From positions 384-64,383 of the forward strand of contig JBAZRV010000001.1 of assembly GCA_041662745.1 (NCBI GenBank): DNA of 64,000 nt, written 5' to 3'. This DNA is from Patescibacteria group bacterium (lineage in GTDB: Bacteria; Patescibacteriota; Patescibacteriia; 2-01-FULL-39-33). Shown piece by piece: positions 55,383 to 64,000 of the stretch (its first letter is position 1; every line of letters starts with the position of its first letter). Position numbers and translations under genes: made by a program. A model generated the notes under the pieces. That model ran no database searches. It was not told where the DNA came from and saw only the letters and a program-made list of their open reading frames with translations.

Positions 55383-56768
55383 CTACGCATAAATGGAAGA
55401 CGGTCCTCTGCGGACGTTGCTGCGCAAGGACAAATGCGCCGCCGCCGGGTGATCAATATTCTTCTTAATCACCCAAACCAGGCCGTTATCCTCCATTCGA
55501 TCGCGATCCCTGATCTGACTCAAATCGCCGTTAACGATGATCTTGCAACCGTCTCCGGGACGAGTACAAAGCAGGTAAGCTTCATACCAGGTGAAATTCT
55601 GGACTTCGTCAATTATCACCACCGAATTAAGAATGGTTTCACCGGCCACAAAATCAATCGGCCGTATCTCAAAAAAACCCTTGGCTTTCAAGTCAGCGAC
55701 CGTATTGATGCCTCGCTCTTGAAAAAAGGCGCATCTCTCATTACGGAGCGATTGCAAGGCCTCACCAATCCGGCTAAGTATAGCGTCGGTATAGGGACCG
55801 AACTTTTGTTCGGCATCACCCTTCAGAAATCCCATGCCCCTGAAATCATAAGGTCGGAAAACGACTAGGCTTTGATGCTTGCCGGCGGCAATACTCTTTA
55901 GGGCGTAATGAATCGGCAGAACCGATTTACCGGCTCCGGGAACGCCGTCAAAAGAAACGCCTATAATATCATCATCAGCTAACAAAGCGGAAGCAAAAGC
56001 CTGGTAAGGACCGACGGGCTTGATTATTCCGGTTTTATCCCGTTCTTGGAGTTTCGGCTTAGGCACCAAGTTAAAGCCAACTCCTTGCTTATAGATTACC
56101 ATGGCCGATTTATCTCCAAGGCAAAGATAGCAACACTCATTAGAATGAAGATTGTCCAATTGCCTATCGCTGAAATTGGCTGCCGGGATAAATCCTTTTT
56201 GATGCAACTCAACCAAAAAGCCGCCTTGGCTGTCAAGCAATTGCACCCGCGTAATATCGGAATACAAACGATCCAACAAATAACTTGTTTCATTATGCTG
56301 ATAGTTCTGCGCTTCCACTCCCATCACGTCAGCCTTAATGCGCTGATTGACATCGCAACTAAGGACGACCACGCGTCGTTCAGGATAATCAAGAGACCAC
56401 TTGCGAGCTACCATGACAATGCGATTGTCATTATTACTCTGCATGCCAGCCGGCAAATCTCCCCATTCAGCCATTTCACAGGAGACAAAGAGCAAGCCGC
56501 CGGCTTGAGTGCTCACACCCTCGGTCAACTTGCCTTGTTCGCGGTATTTATCCATAAGCTTGGAAAAATTGCGAGCGATCCTGGCTTTTTCACTGACACC
56601 CTTTTTCATACCATCCAACTCTTCAATTACCCAAATCGGAACTACAATAACGTTGTCCCCCAAAATATCAATAATACCGGCGGAATTGAGAATCGTGCTG
56701 GTATCCAGGACATAAATCTTGGCTCCGGGGTTGACGGGTAATGGCTTCGGCTGTTTCACTGCTGGCAT
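55383..56768 (-). CDS. PIN-domain + PhoH-like ATPase (PhoH2/YlaK-type)
   Basis: N-terminal PIN (KIYVLDTSTIL); C-terminal PhoH P-loop GVPGAGKS. Confidence 0.8.
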   Translation of the reverse strand: MPAVKQPKPLPVNPGAKIYVLDTSTILNSAGIIDILGDNVIVVPIWVIEELDGMKKGVSEKARIARNFSKLMDKYREQGKLTEGVSTQAGGLLFVSCEMAEWGDLPAGMQSNNDNRIVMVARKWSLDYPERRVVVLSCDVNQRIKADVMGVEAQNYQHNETSYLLDRLYSDITRVQLLDSQGGFLVELHQKGFIPAANFSDRQLDNLHSNECCYLCLGDKSAMVIYKQGVGFNLVPKPKLQERDKTGIIKPVGPYQAFASALLADDDIIGVSFDGVPGAGKSVLPIHYALKSIAAGKHQSLVVFRPYDFRGMGFLKGDAEQKFGPYTDAILSRIGEALQSLRNERCAFFQERGINTVADLKAKGFFEIRPIDFVAGETILNSVVIIDEVQNFTWYEAYLLCTRPGDGCKIIVNGDLSQIRDRDRMEDNGLVWVIKKNIDHPAAAHLSLRSNVRRGPSSIYA

Positions 56769-56946
56769 TATACATCCTCTCTCCGGTTAAACCGGTTTTG
56801 TTGCCTGTTTACGCGGACTAAGATCTTGTTGCCTTTAAATTGTCAAAGTTCCATATTAATAAATCATTTTAGCAAAATATCCGCATTTGTCAAGAATAAA
56901 ATAAAAAACCCGCCAAATGACGGGTTTACTCAATGTTCTATGTCTG

Positions 56947-58383
56947 CTATGGGTGGATCTCCGGATCAAGGGCATTGGCCGCGTAAAGCCCGGGAACGGC
57001 CCCGTAAGCCGCAAATTCCTCGTTATTCGTATAGCCGTCGCCATCGGCATCGCCGTTGGGAGCAAAATATTCCGGAAAAGCCATATACTGCGATAAATTA
57101 AGCCGGCAGTTCGGTATTTTGTCGCCAAAAATAAAGGCCATCCCCAAAACCATGCCGATTGATCCGGTACCGGAAATATATTTTTCCACCGAATAATCAG
57201 CTTGACCGTCGCCTACCAGCATCTGGCCGGCCAAAACCTCTTCCAAGCCGGGGAAAACCAGTGCGGCCAACTGCCAATAAGTGCCGAAATCCGCGGCGAA
57301 CCGTTCTTCATTATAATTCCAAGCATAGTGCAGAAGCCTATGATTCAAACCGTTAGGCAGACAAAACTCAGGATCTTTCAGTACTGTCTCAACCAGCTTG
57401 AGTTCTATCAAACAATCAGGATAACCATTACCGGACGCTTCATAAGTTACCGGATCGGTTCTTTGATCAATCCAGAGGCTGCCATTAACATCGGCAATGC
57501 TTGGATCAAATAAATCCAAAATATTTCCATAATCGCCCAATACCGCTCGCGGCGCTTCATAAACTTTCTGATAGCAAGCATAAAAACTGCTAAGCGGTTC
57601 CGGTAAGGGATCACTGGGATCATCGCCCTCATTGGCATTAAGGCAAAAATCTTCACCCTCGCCTTCGCCTTCTCCTTCACCCTCGCCTTCGCCTTCTCCT
57701 TCACCCTCGCCTTCACCCTCTCCTTCTCCTTCACCTTCTCCTTCTCCTTCTCCTTCCCCCTCACCCTCACCCTCGCCTTCGCCTTCTCCTTCACCCTCTT
57801 GGGCGATGACTGTTACAGTGGCAGTCCGTGAAACGACCGGTTGGTTAGTGATATTGTTAATTACGCAAAAATAATCCCCGGCATGATTTAAGTCGGCAGT
57901 TAGAACAGTTAAATCGCTAAGGGTGGCCCAAGGCAACAAAGTGCCGTTCTGATACCATTGGAAACGCCAAGGCTGAGTGCCAAGCACTAAGACTCTCAGC
58001 GTGAACATTTGCCCCGCTTCAATTTCAATATCCTGAGGCTCAGCCGCTATAATCGGCGGGCGATTAACTTTCAGCGTGGCAATAACGGAAGCCGGCTGGC
58101 CGTAAGGATTACTCGCAATACAAACATAATTTCCTTCATCATCAATGATCGCTGAAGGAATAATATAAATATTGGAATTGGCATTAACGAGGTCCTCTCC
58201 ATTTTTTTGCCACTGCCAGCTCCAAGCCCTGTCAGCGTCGCAGATGAATTGCACTTCTGTCCCCGGATTGACCAGGCGGGACAGAGGCTGAAGGGTAAAC
58301 TCTGGCGGACGTTCGTCGCAACCGGTAGCCAAAGCAAGCGCCGTAACGCATAAGACAAAACTTAGCAACAACTGTTTGCCCAT
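56947..58383 (-). CDS. Surface lipoprotein with two Ig-like domains, a (GE)~40 acidic repeat linker and a Ca-binding-like C-terminal region
   Basis: Lipobox LALATGC; Ig-like domains (…QFICDADRAWSWQWQKNGEDL…NYVCIASN…); GEGEGE… ×~40; C-terminal NGDADGDGYTNNEE. Confidence 0.7.
   Translation of the reverse strand: MGKQLLLSFVLCVTALALATGCDERPPEFTLQPLSRLVNPGTEVQFICDADRAWSWQWQKNGEDLVNANSNIYIIPSAIIDDEGNYVCIASNPYGQPASVIATLKVNRPPIIAAEPQDIEIEAGQMFTLRVLVLGTQPWRFQWYQNGTLLPWATLSDLTVLTADLNHAGDYFCVINNITNQPVVSRTATVTVIAQEGEGEGEGEGEGEGEGEGEGEGEGEGEGEGEGEGEGEGEGEGEGEGEGEDFCLNANEGDDPSDPLPEPLSSFYACYQKVYEAPRAVLGDYGNILDLFDPSIADVNGSLWIDQRTDPVTYEASGNGYPDCLIELKLVETVLKDPEFCLPNGLNHRLLHYAWNYNEERFAADFGTYWQLAALVFPGLEEVLAGQMLVGDGQADYSVEKYISGTGSIGMVLGMAFIFGDKIPNCRLNLSQYMAFPEYFAPNGDADGDGYTNNEEFAAYGAVPGLYAANALDPEIHP
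57652..57790. repeat. Hexanucleotide-type tandem repeat (GAAGGC/GAGGGT)n encoding (GE)n
   Basis: Direct read of ccttcgccttctccttcaccctcgcc… ; lies within the 56947-58383 CDS. Confidence 0.8.
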
Positions 58384-58481
58384 GATCCCATCTCCTTTGG
58401 TTGGCTTAGTTAATGTAAAGAACTTTCGGAAAATATAATTTACACCTTTTTTAACAAAAAGTCAAGACCGAAAAACCGGCC

Positions 58482-59252
58482 TTAATTCAGGTCGGCTTTT
58501 TTAATTTGTATATCTTCTTTTAGCCAATTCTTGGCAATTTCCTTAAAACGGCTATTGCTATCGGTAACAAAATATTCCTGCCGGCCCGTTTGTTCCTGAG
58601 GATTATCTGACAAATATCGTCCGAGCGCTTTGACCACTTCTTCGGCCGGATCAATCAACTTTACCCGCCGCCCCGCTTTATCGGCAATGATTTTCTTTAT
58701 CAGGGGATAGTGGGTACAGCCTAAAATCAAAGTGTCAATTTCTTGGCGCTTGAGCGGATAAAGATACTTGCGGGCGATTGTTTTCATTTCCGGTTTACTC
58801 AGCCAATCCTCTTCAATTAACGGCACAAATAACGGGCAGGCAACGCTTTTAACTGCAATCTCCCGATCTAATCTTTCAATCGCTTTTTCATAAGCGCGGC
58901 TACTAATGGTTCCCCTGGTGCCGATAACGCCGATCTTGCCCTTGGTTAATTCAACTGCTGCCGCAGCGGCCGGAGTAATGACTTCAAAAATCGGCAACTG
59001 ATATTTTTGACGCAGCAACTCACCGGCAAAAGCCGAGGCCGTGTTACAAGCCACCAGCACCGCCGTAACCCCCCGCTTGATTAAAAACTCAACAATCTCG
59101 CAGGCATATTCCTGTATAACCTCTTGCGATCTGGTGCCATAGGGCGTACGGGCGTTATCGCCTAAATAGATAAAAGAACAGTCGGGCAACTGTTTTTTTA
59201 GCTCTTTCACTACGGTTAAACCGCCAACGCCGGAATCAAAAATTCCAATCAT
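58482..59252 (-). CDS. murI: Glutamate racemase
   Basis: Start at MIGIFDSGVGGLTV; conserved CNTA and GCTHYP blocks. Confidence 0.85.
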   Translation of the reverse strand: MIGIFDSGVGGLTVVKELKKQLPDCSFIYLGDNARTPYGTRSQEVIQEYACEIVEFLIKRGVTAVLVACNTASAFAGELLRQKYQLPIFEVITPAAAAAVELTKGKIGVIGTRGTISSRAYEKAIERLDREIAVKSVACPLFVPLIEEDWLSKPEMKTIARKYLYPLKRQEIDTLILGCTHYPLIKKIIADKAGRRVKLIDPAEEVVKALGRYLSDNPQEQTGRQEYFVTDSNSRFKEIAKNWLKEDIQIKKADLN

Positions 59253-59253
59253 A

Positions 59254-59535
59254 CTATTGCGCTTTTCCCCAAAATGCGTCGGCGGCCCTTTCCATCTCAT
59301 CCAGCCGAGTATAATAATCGGCAAACTCGTTCAAATGCGCCAAGGCGATTTTACCGGTCATTAGCGGATCATCGTTAGTCACATTAGTGGCCGGACTAAC
59401 GGTGCCATGCTCTAATTCCACATCCAGACCACGGCGGAATTGCTCCACATCAAACTTGGACCAGTCCAGGCCCAATTGTTCGCCGATAGCCTGAGCCTCT
59501 TCGGCGGTAAATTTTGGTTGCGTCATATTTTTCAA
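59254..59535 (-). CDS. Hypothetical protein (93 aa)
   Basis: ORF ending directly at the murI start. Confidence 0.45.
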   Translation of the reverse strand: MKNMTQPKFTAEEAQAIGEQLGLDWSKFDVEQFRRGLDVELEHGTVSPATNVTNDDPLMTGKIALAHLNEFADYYTRLDEMERAADAFWGKAQ

Positions 59536-59639
59536 TTTATTTTACTGGTTAAATCTTACCACGACTGTGATTTTTGTCAAAACAAAAACCGTCCCGCTTA
59601 ATAAAAGCTAAAGACGGTTTTTACGGCGTCAGGCAGCCG

Positions 59640-59963
59640 CTAGGCCAATCGTCGGTCATACTTTTGATCTAATTCTTTCTGTTGTTTTTGACGACGCAAC
59701 TTACGAAATCTTTTGCGCGCCACTTGGTAATAATAAGTACCCACCATGGTGCCCAGGGCGCAGCCCAAGGCATAAAGCAAAGCCAGCGACCAATTGTCAA
59801 CATTGTCAACAATCGTCCGTACCACATAATACCAGATCAAGATATTGATCACGGTAATAGCTCCGCTAGACCAAACTTTGGTTTCCGTAACCGCTTTGGT
59901 CCATAGGGTAACTATAAGCATTTCCACGGCGCCCACAAAAAATAGAATGATGCTTATTTTCAT
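59640..59963 (-). CDS. Small membrane protein (3 TM) with basic tail
   Basis: Hydrophobic helices; …RKRFRKLRRQKQQKEL. Confidence 0.45.
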   Translation of the reverse strand: MKISIILFFVGAVEMLIVTLWTKAVTETKVWSSGAITVINILIWYYVVRTIVDNVDNWSLALLYALGCALGTMVGTYYYQVARKRFRKLRRQKQQKELDQKYDRRLA

Positions 59964-60123
59964 AAATTTGTGGGTTTAATTCCGCTGATTAATTCAGGGA
60001 ATCATTAATTTTAACGACCTTTTTAATGAAAAAACGCCCGCTCACGCGTACGCTTTATTCATGCCTTAAGTATAGACCTTTCAGAGCCTTTTGTCAATCA
60101 AAAACCCATAAAACATAACCTGA

Positions 60124-61488
60124 TTATTTGATCAACTTCTCAGTTTTCAACAGCAATTCCGCCAGAACCTCCCTGCTCCGCGCTTCAACATTCAAACGCG
60201 CCAGAGGTTCGGTATGCGACGGCCGGATGTTAAGATACCATCGCTCTCCCCTGTCCTTGATTGACAGTCCGTCAAGAACGGAAAACTCCGCTCCCTTGAA
60301 CTCCTGCCTGAATTTTTTAGCCAACCGATCAAAGTCTTTAACCTTATAATTCTTCTCTCCGGAAATAGCATAAGCAGACGAATATTTAGCGATGGCCTGC
60401 GACAAGGTTAATTTATTACTTTTAAGATAGGACAGGATAAGCAGAATCGGCAAAATCGCATCGCCCCAAACATAATTTTTCTTTCGGCCGAACAAGCGAT
60501 AATTGAACATAAAATGGCCGGAGTTCTCGCAACCGAACAGGATTTTTTTCTGATTCATGGTCTTGATGATGTTGGCGTAGCCGGCGCGATGCGCCAAGGC
60601 TTCACTGCCCCTGGCGCGGATCAATTCCGCCAAACCCAAACCTAAACGAGCGTCAATAACAATCCTTATCTTCGGCTTGTCAGCCAAAATTAACTCTGTT
60701 AGCAGACAATTCAAATAATACGGTTCAACAAACTTGCCCTTCTCATCAATGAATATCGCCCGATCGGCGTCACCGTCAAAAACTATTCCCAAATCGGCTT
60801 TTGCCGTCTTGATTTCCTTTACGATCGGCAGTTGATTCTCTTTGACCAAGGGATTAGGGCCATGATCGGGATAGGGATCGCCGGAAAAAAAATTCATCCG
60901 CGTTGTTTTTATCGGCAAAAAAGAAAAAACCGTCTCAGCCAAACGCGCTCCCGAACCGCCGGAAGCGTCTACCACGACATTCATTCCCTTCAATATTTGA
61001 GGGTTGATTAAAGATAGGACAAAATCACGGTATTCCTTGGTTACCGAAAAAAAATCGGCCTGCGGTTTGCCCATTGTTTGCTGTTTGATCTTACCGACCT
61101 GGATTTTAATTTTCTTTAGTCCGGTCTTAAGCCCGAAAACCCGGCCACGGCTGTCGCAGAATTTCACTCCGGTTTCTCCTGCCGGACTGTGGCTGGCCGT
61201 AATCATGGCGCCGGCGGGAAAATCATGCTCGCCGACGGCAAAAAATAATTCCGGCGTGGCGCAGACGCCCAAATCATAAACCTTTACGCCGCCCTTGTTC
61301 AGGCCGGCCAATAACGGCCAGAATACTTTTTCTGATTCCAAGCGGGCATCGCGACCGCAGATTATCTTTTTGGCTTTGGTCACTTTAGCGAAAGCCAAAC
61401 CCAAAGCAAACGCTGTGTGTTCATCCAATTCCTGCGGATATTTACCGCGGATATCGTACTCTTTAAAGATTTTGGGGTTGATATTCAT
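60124..61488 (-). CDS. Phosphomannomutase/phosphoglucomutase (alpha-D-phosphohexomutase)
   Basis: Active-site loop GAMITASHSPAGETGVKF; Mg-binding DGDADR. Confidence 0.8.
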   Translation of the reverse strand: MNINPKIFKEYDIRGKYPQELDEHTAFALGLAFAKVTKAKKIICGRDARLESEKVFWPLLAGLNKGGVKVYDLGVCATPELFFAVGEHDFPAGAMITASHSPAGETGVKFCDSRGRVFGLKTGLKKIKIQVGKIKQQTMGKPQADFFSVTKEYRDFVLSLINPQILKGMNVVVDASGGSGARLAETVFSFLPIKTTRMNFFSGDPYPDHGPNPLVKENQLPIVKEIKTAKADLGIVFDGDADRAIFIDEKGKFVEPYYLNCLLTELILADKPKIRIVIDARLGLGLAELIRARGSEALAHRAGYANIIKTMNQKKILFGCENSGHFMFNYRLFGRKKNYVWGDAILPILLILSYLKSNKLTLSQAIAKYSSAYAISGEKNYKVKDFDRLAKKFRQEFKGAEFSVLDGLSIKDRGERWYLNIRPSHTEPLARLNVEARSREVLAELLLKTEKLIK

Positions 61489-62093
61489 AAATCAATTTTC
61501 TCATATTCTTTAATGACCATTTTCCAAGCCCGATGAAGCGGGGTTAGCGCCTTTTTCACCTCCGGAAAGGCGGCGAGATCGCGATAGTCGCGAGCCATTT
61601 TGCCATAAGCGCGAAAAGGTTGTTTTTTGGCTTTATCAACGCAAGCGATGTCCATATACATAAAATCAGTTATATGACTGGCTGAATCGGCGCAAGCCAC
61701 AATTTTTGCTTCTAACGTTTCCGGCATAACATCCTTACAACGATGAGCGCGAATAGCATGCAAAGCTTTTTTCATTTTATCTTTAGGATATTTTTCTTGC
61801 TGAAAAAACTTTTTTGCTATTTCAGCGCTGCGTTTAGCGTGATCAATTGATGCGGACATGGGATAGTGGCCGATATCATGCAACCAAACTCCCAATAATA
61901 CTGTTTCCTTATCGGCCGTAGGGTGTTTTTTACACAAATATAAGGCCCATCTTTCCACTTCCGGCACATGTCTTAAAAGACCAAAGGGATCATCGCCGAA
62001 TTTATTAACACTTAAAACATTGCCCAAATCACCCTTGGACTTCTTAACTCTGTCTTGGAATAGTTTTTTTGCTTTAATAACGATACTTTTCAT
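61485..62093 (-). CDS. HD-domain phosphohydrolase
   Basis: H…HD motif (WLHDIGHYP). Confidence 0.7.
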   Translation of the reverse strand: MKSIVIKAKKLFQDRVKKSKGDLGNVLSVNKFGDDPFGLLRHVPEVERWALYLCKKHPTADKETVLLGVWLHDIGHYPMSASIDHAKRSAEIAKKFFQQEKYPKDKMKKALHAIRAHRCKDVMPETLEAKIVACADSASHITDFMYMDIACVDKAKKQPFRAYGKMARDYRDLAAFPEVKKALTPLHRAWKMVIKEYEKIDL

Positions 62094-62095
62094 AT

Positions 62096-62845
62096 TTACA
62101 TTCTACCATTTTTAACCGCGATCGCCAAAAGATTATCGCCGTACATAATGCCTTTTTTGCCTTCACTTTTAGCCTTGAACTCTAATTCCTCAATGATAAA
62201 TCCGGCTCGCCTCAACAAACGGCGGGTTTCTCCCTTGGTGAAGGAGTGGATATAGCGCTTAGTGTCTCTCCCGCCCGATTTCCAAGGCACAAAAGCATCG
62301 CTCATAGCCCAGGCGCCCCAACGGATTTTTTCCAGCCAATTAAAAAGATAGGGATAATAGCGGAATCTTTTTTTCCAACCGAACACTTGCCACAAATTCC
62401 AATTCACCATGACCAATCGCCCGCCGGGTTGCAGAATGTCATGGATGTTTTTTAACGCTCGCCAGCGCAATTGCCTACTCGGCAAATGATGCAGAACAGC
62501 AATTAGTAAAACTAAATCGTAAGAATTATTCTTAAACTGCAAATTATTAATATCCCCGACCTCAAATTTCACCCACGGCTTGTCCTTAAATCTTTCGCGG
62601 GCGATTTTTATCAATTCTTCGCTATTGTCAATACCCAAATATTCCACCTTTGAATCGGCAAAAATCTCGGCCATCCGGCCATTGCCACAGCCGATATCCA
62701 AAACCCTGTTCCCCGGCTTGACATATTTGGCAAAATCGCCGAAACCGCGCCACCAGTGGCCGCGCGTATCTGAAAAGTCTAAGGCAATCTCATTGTAAAA
62801 CCCTTTAGTCTGTCCGAGTATTTTTTGTGTTTTTTTCCGGATCAT
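62096..62845 (-). CDS. Class I SAM-dependent methyltransferase
   Basis: Motif I VLDIGCGNGRM. Confidence 0.75.
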   Translation of the reverse strand: MIRKKTQKILGQTKGFYNEIALDFSDTRGHWWRGFGDFAKYVKPGNRVLDIGCGNGRMAEIFADSKVEYLGIDNSEELIKIARERFKDKPWVKFEVGDINNLQFKNNSYDLVLLIAVLHHLPSRQLRWRALKNIHDILQPGGRLVMVNWNLWQVFGWKKRFRYYPYLFNWLEKIRWGAWAMSDAFVPWKSGGRDTKRYIHSFTKGETRRLLRRAGFIIEELEFKAKSEGKKGIMYGDNLLAIAVKNGRM

Positions 62846-62983
62846 AACAAACTAACTTTAGCATTTTTTTGGCAAAAATAAAACCGCGCTGGCAATAAGC
62901 CAGCGCGGGAAAATAACGATTCCAAGAGGTCAAGGTTCAAGGAATCAAGGTGACAAGCCTGCCTACCGGCAGGCAGGCTCGGC

Positions 62984-63721
62984 CTACCGGCGGGCAGGCT
63001 CGCGGACAACAGCGAACCGCCAAACGCCGCTGAAGCCACCCCCAAGACAGTCCAGGCTCAGAGCGCGCCTCGCACCATCCCCGCTGAGGCAAGCGAAGAA
63101 GCGGTAGCCGGCACGGCGCCAAATTGAACCCAGTGCGGCAATGGGGTATAGCCGTTGCAATTCGGGGTGGGCCGCACCCAGAGCCAGCAGTTCTTCAATC
63201 TGAGCAAAAAGATAGCGATAATTCGCTCCTTGCTTGGCCAGCCAATCATTGACTTCTTTCAATTTGGCAATAATCTGATCGCCATTGCTGAAATCCCGAT
63301 TGAAGTGGAGTAATTCCACTTTGATTTTCCGCTTACCCGCTCCATTGAAAGGGAAATGATCGGCGATGATGTTGGGATTGGGCCAGTCATAGCGGCCGGC
63401 GGCGATCATCTGCGCGAGATTCTTACTGGGATCAATGATCACATCGTAAACGCCGACCAGATAAGAGGAGACAATTTGTTTGGCGGCGATCCTTGTCTTT
63501 TGGGTCGCAGGCATCTCGGCGACAATCAATTCTCCTATCTTGCGAATCGTACCCTCGCCATTAACGCTCGCCAAATAAAGAAGGCACCTGTCAAAATCAC
63601 CGCCAAGTTCGCCTATAACCTTGATCAAGGTGGCGACAATCTCGGTAATCCTGCCCCAATACTTTAGGAGCAACCTCACTGTTATTTCCGCTTCGGCTTT
63701 GTTTGGATTTCTCTTGCCCAT
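62984..63721 (-). CDS. Hypothetical protein; the 3' end runs into a GC-rich hairpin-repeat zone
   Basis: ORF track; the C-terminal ~35 codons overlap the GCCTGCCtaccggcaGGCAGGC repeat region, so the true stop is uncertain. Confidence 0.4.
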   Translation of the reverse strand: MGKRNPNKAEAEITVRLLLKYWGRITEIVATLIKVIGELGGDFDRCLLYLASVNGEGTIRKIGELIVAEMPATQKTRIAAKQIVSSYLVGVYDVIIDPSKNLAQMIAAGRYDWPNPNIIADHFPFNGAGKRKIKVELLHFNRDFSNGDQIIAKLKEVNDWLAKQGANYRYLFAQIEELLALGAAHPELQRLYPIAALGSIWRRAGYRFFACLSGDGARRALSLDCLGGGFSGVWRFAVVREPARR

Positions 63722-64000
63722 GTCTCTTCTCCTTTTTTGGCCTAATCCCTCATCTCGACCCTATGCCGAAACCCCAGATTAGCCGTTTTTAGGTGCGAAT
63801 CAGCTTTGCCCGCGGGGCAAAAGCTAATAGATGATTATATTGCCTAAATAGTTATTTGTCAATATCTTTGATTTTTGCCTTAGCCAAGTAGATTATATTT
63901 TTAGCCAAATTTAAACAAAAACATAGTAGAATTATTGAAAATTAAACGGATTAATGCTATCATTTCCAGATGAAAAACAAGGAGAAACAATTAGCTGAAA

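Noticed and set aside
57632-57874. Plus-strand ORF encoding (SP)n
   Set aside because: It is the antisense reading of the (GE)n-encoding repeat inside the lipoprotein gene, which has a lipobox, Ig-like domains and a coherent frame.
1-64000. CRISPR arrays, rRNA genes, canonical tRNA genes, transposase/integrase genes
   Set aside because: No regularly spaced direct repeats with unique spacers. No 16S/23S/5S-like conserved strings. No full tRNA cloverleaf despite one T-arm-like motif. No IS/integrase-like ORFs found.

Overview
This 64 kb window is gene-dense and AT-leaning, and it looks like a small-genome, CPR/Patescibacteria-type bacterium. That assignment is an inference from gene content: many aminoacyl-tRNA synthetases, ribosomal S21, an ankyrin protein, pilin-like giant surface proteins and a 4-subunit pyruvate:ferredoxin oxidoreductase (PFOR). 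Recognisable housekeeping genes are hisS, leuS, ileS, argS, thrS, uvrA, rpsU, rpsA, lepB, greA, plsX, murI, a porGDAB operon, a DsbA-like oxidoreductase, a phosphohexomutase, an LCP-family protein, and orphan histidine-kinase and receiver-only response-regulator genes. Findings that stand out: (1) two tandem giant paralogous surface proteins (1-7184) whose N-termini are a VirB2/TrbC-like two-helix pilin module, fused to Cys-rich ectodomains, one with a lamin-tail-like segment; (2) class I synthetases with inserted hydrolase domains, LeuRS with a Nudix domain in CP1 and IleRS with a histidine-phosphatase (PGAM-like) domain, plus a Zn-ribbon insert in HisRS; (3) a compact operon of a TRAM-less MiaB-like radical-SAM methylthiotransferase, a P-loop kinase and a minimal nucleotidyltransferase with an OB-like tail (41121-43735); (4) a ~1.5 kb ORF-poor, hairpin-rich region downstream of a near-consensus sigma70 promoter (14880-16460), with RNase P-like motifs and a 31-bp palindrome duplicated upstream of two small GC-richer genes; (5) a gene bracketed by ~105-bp direct repeats that contain terminator hairpins; (6) T-box-like leaders upstream of thrS and ileS; (7) GC-elevated islets of hypothetical, lipoprotein and Ig-like secreted proteins, one with a (GE)~40 repeat. 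No CRISPR array, rRNA or canonical tRNA gene was seen.
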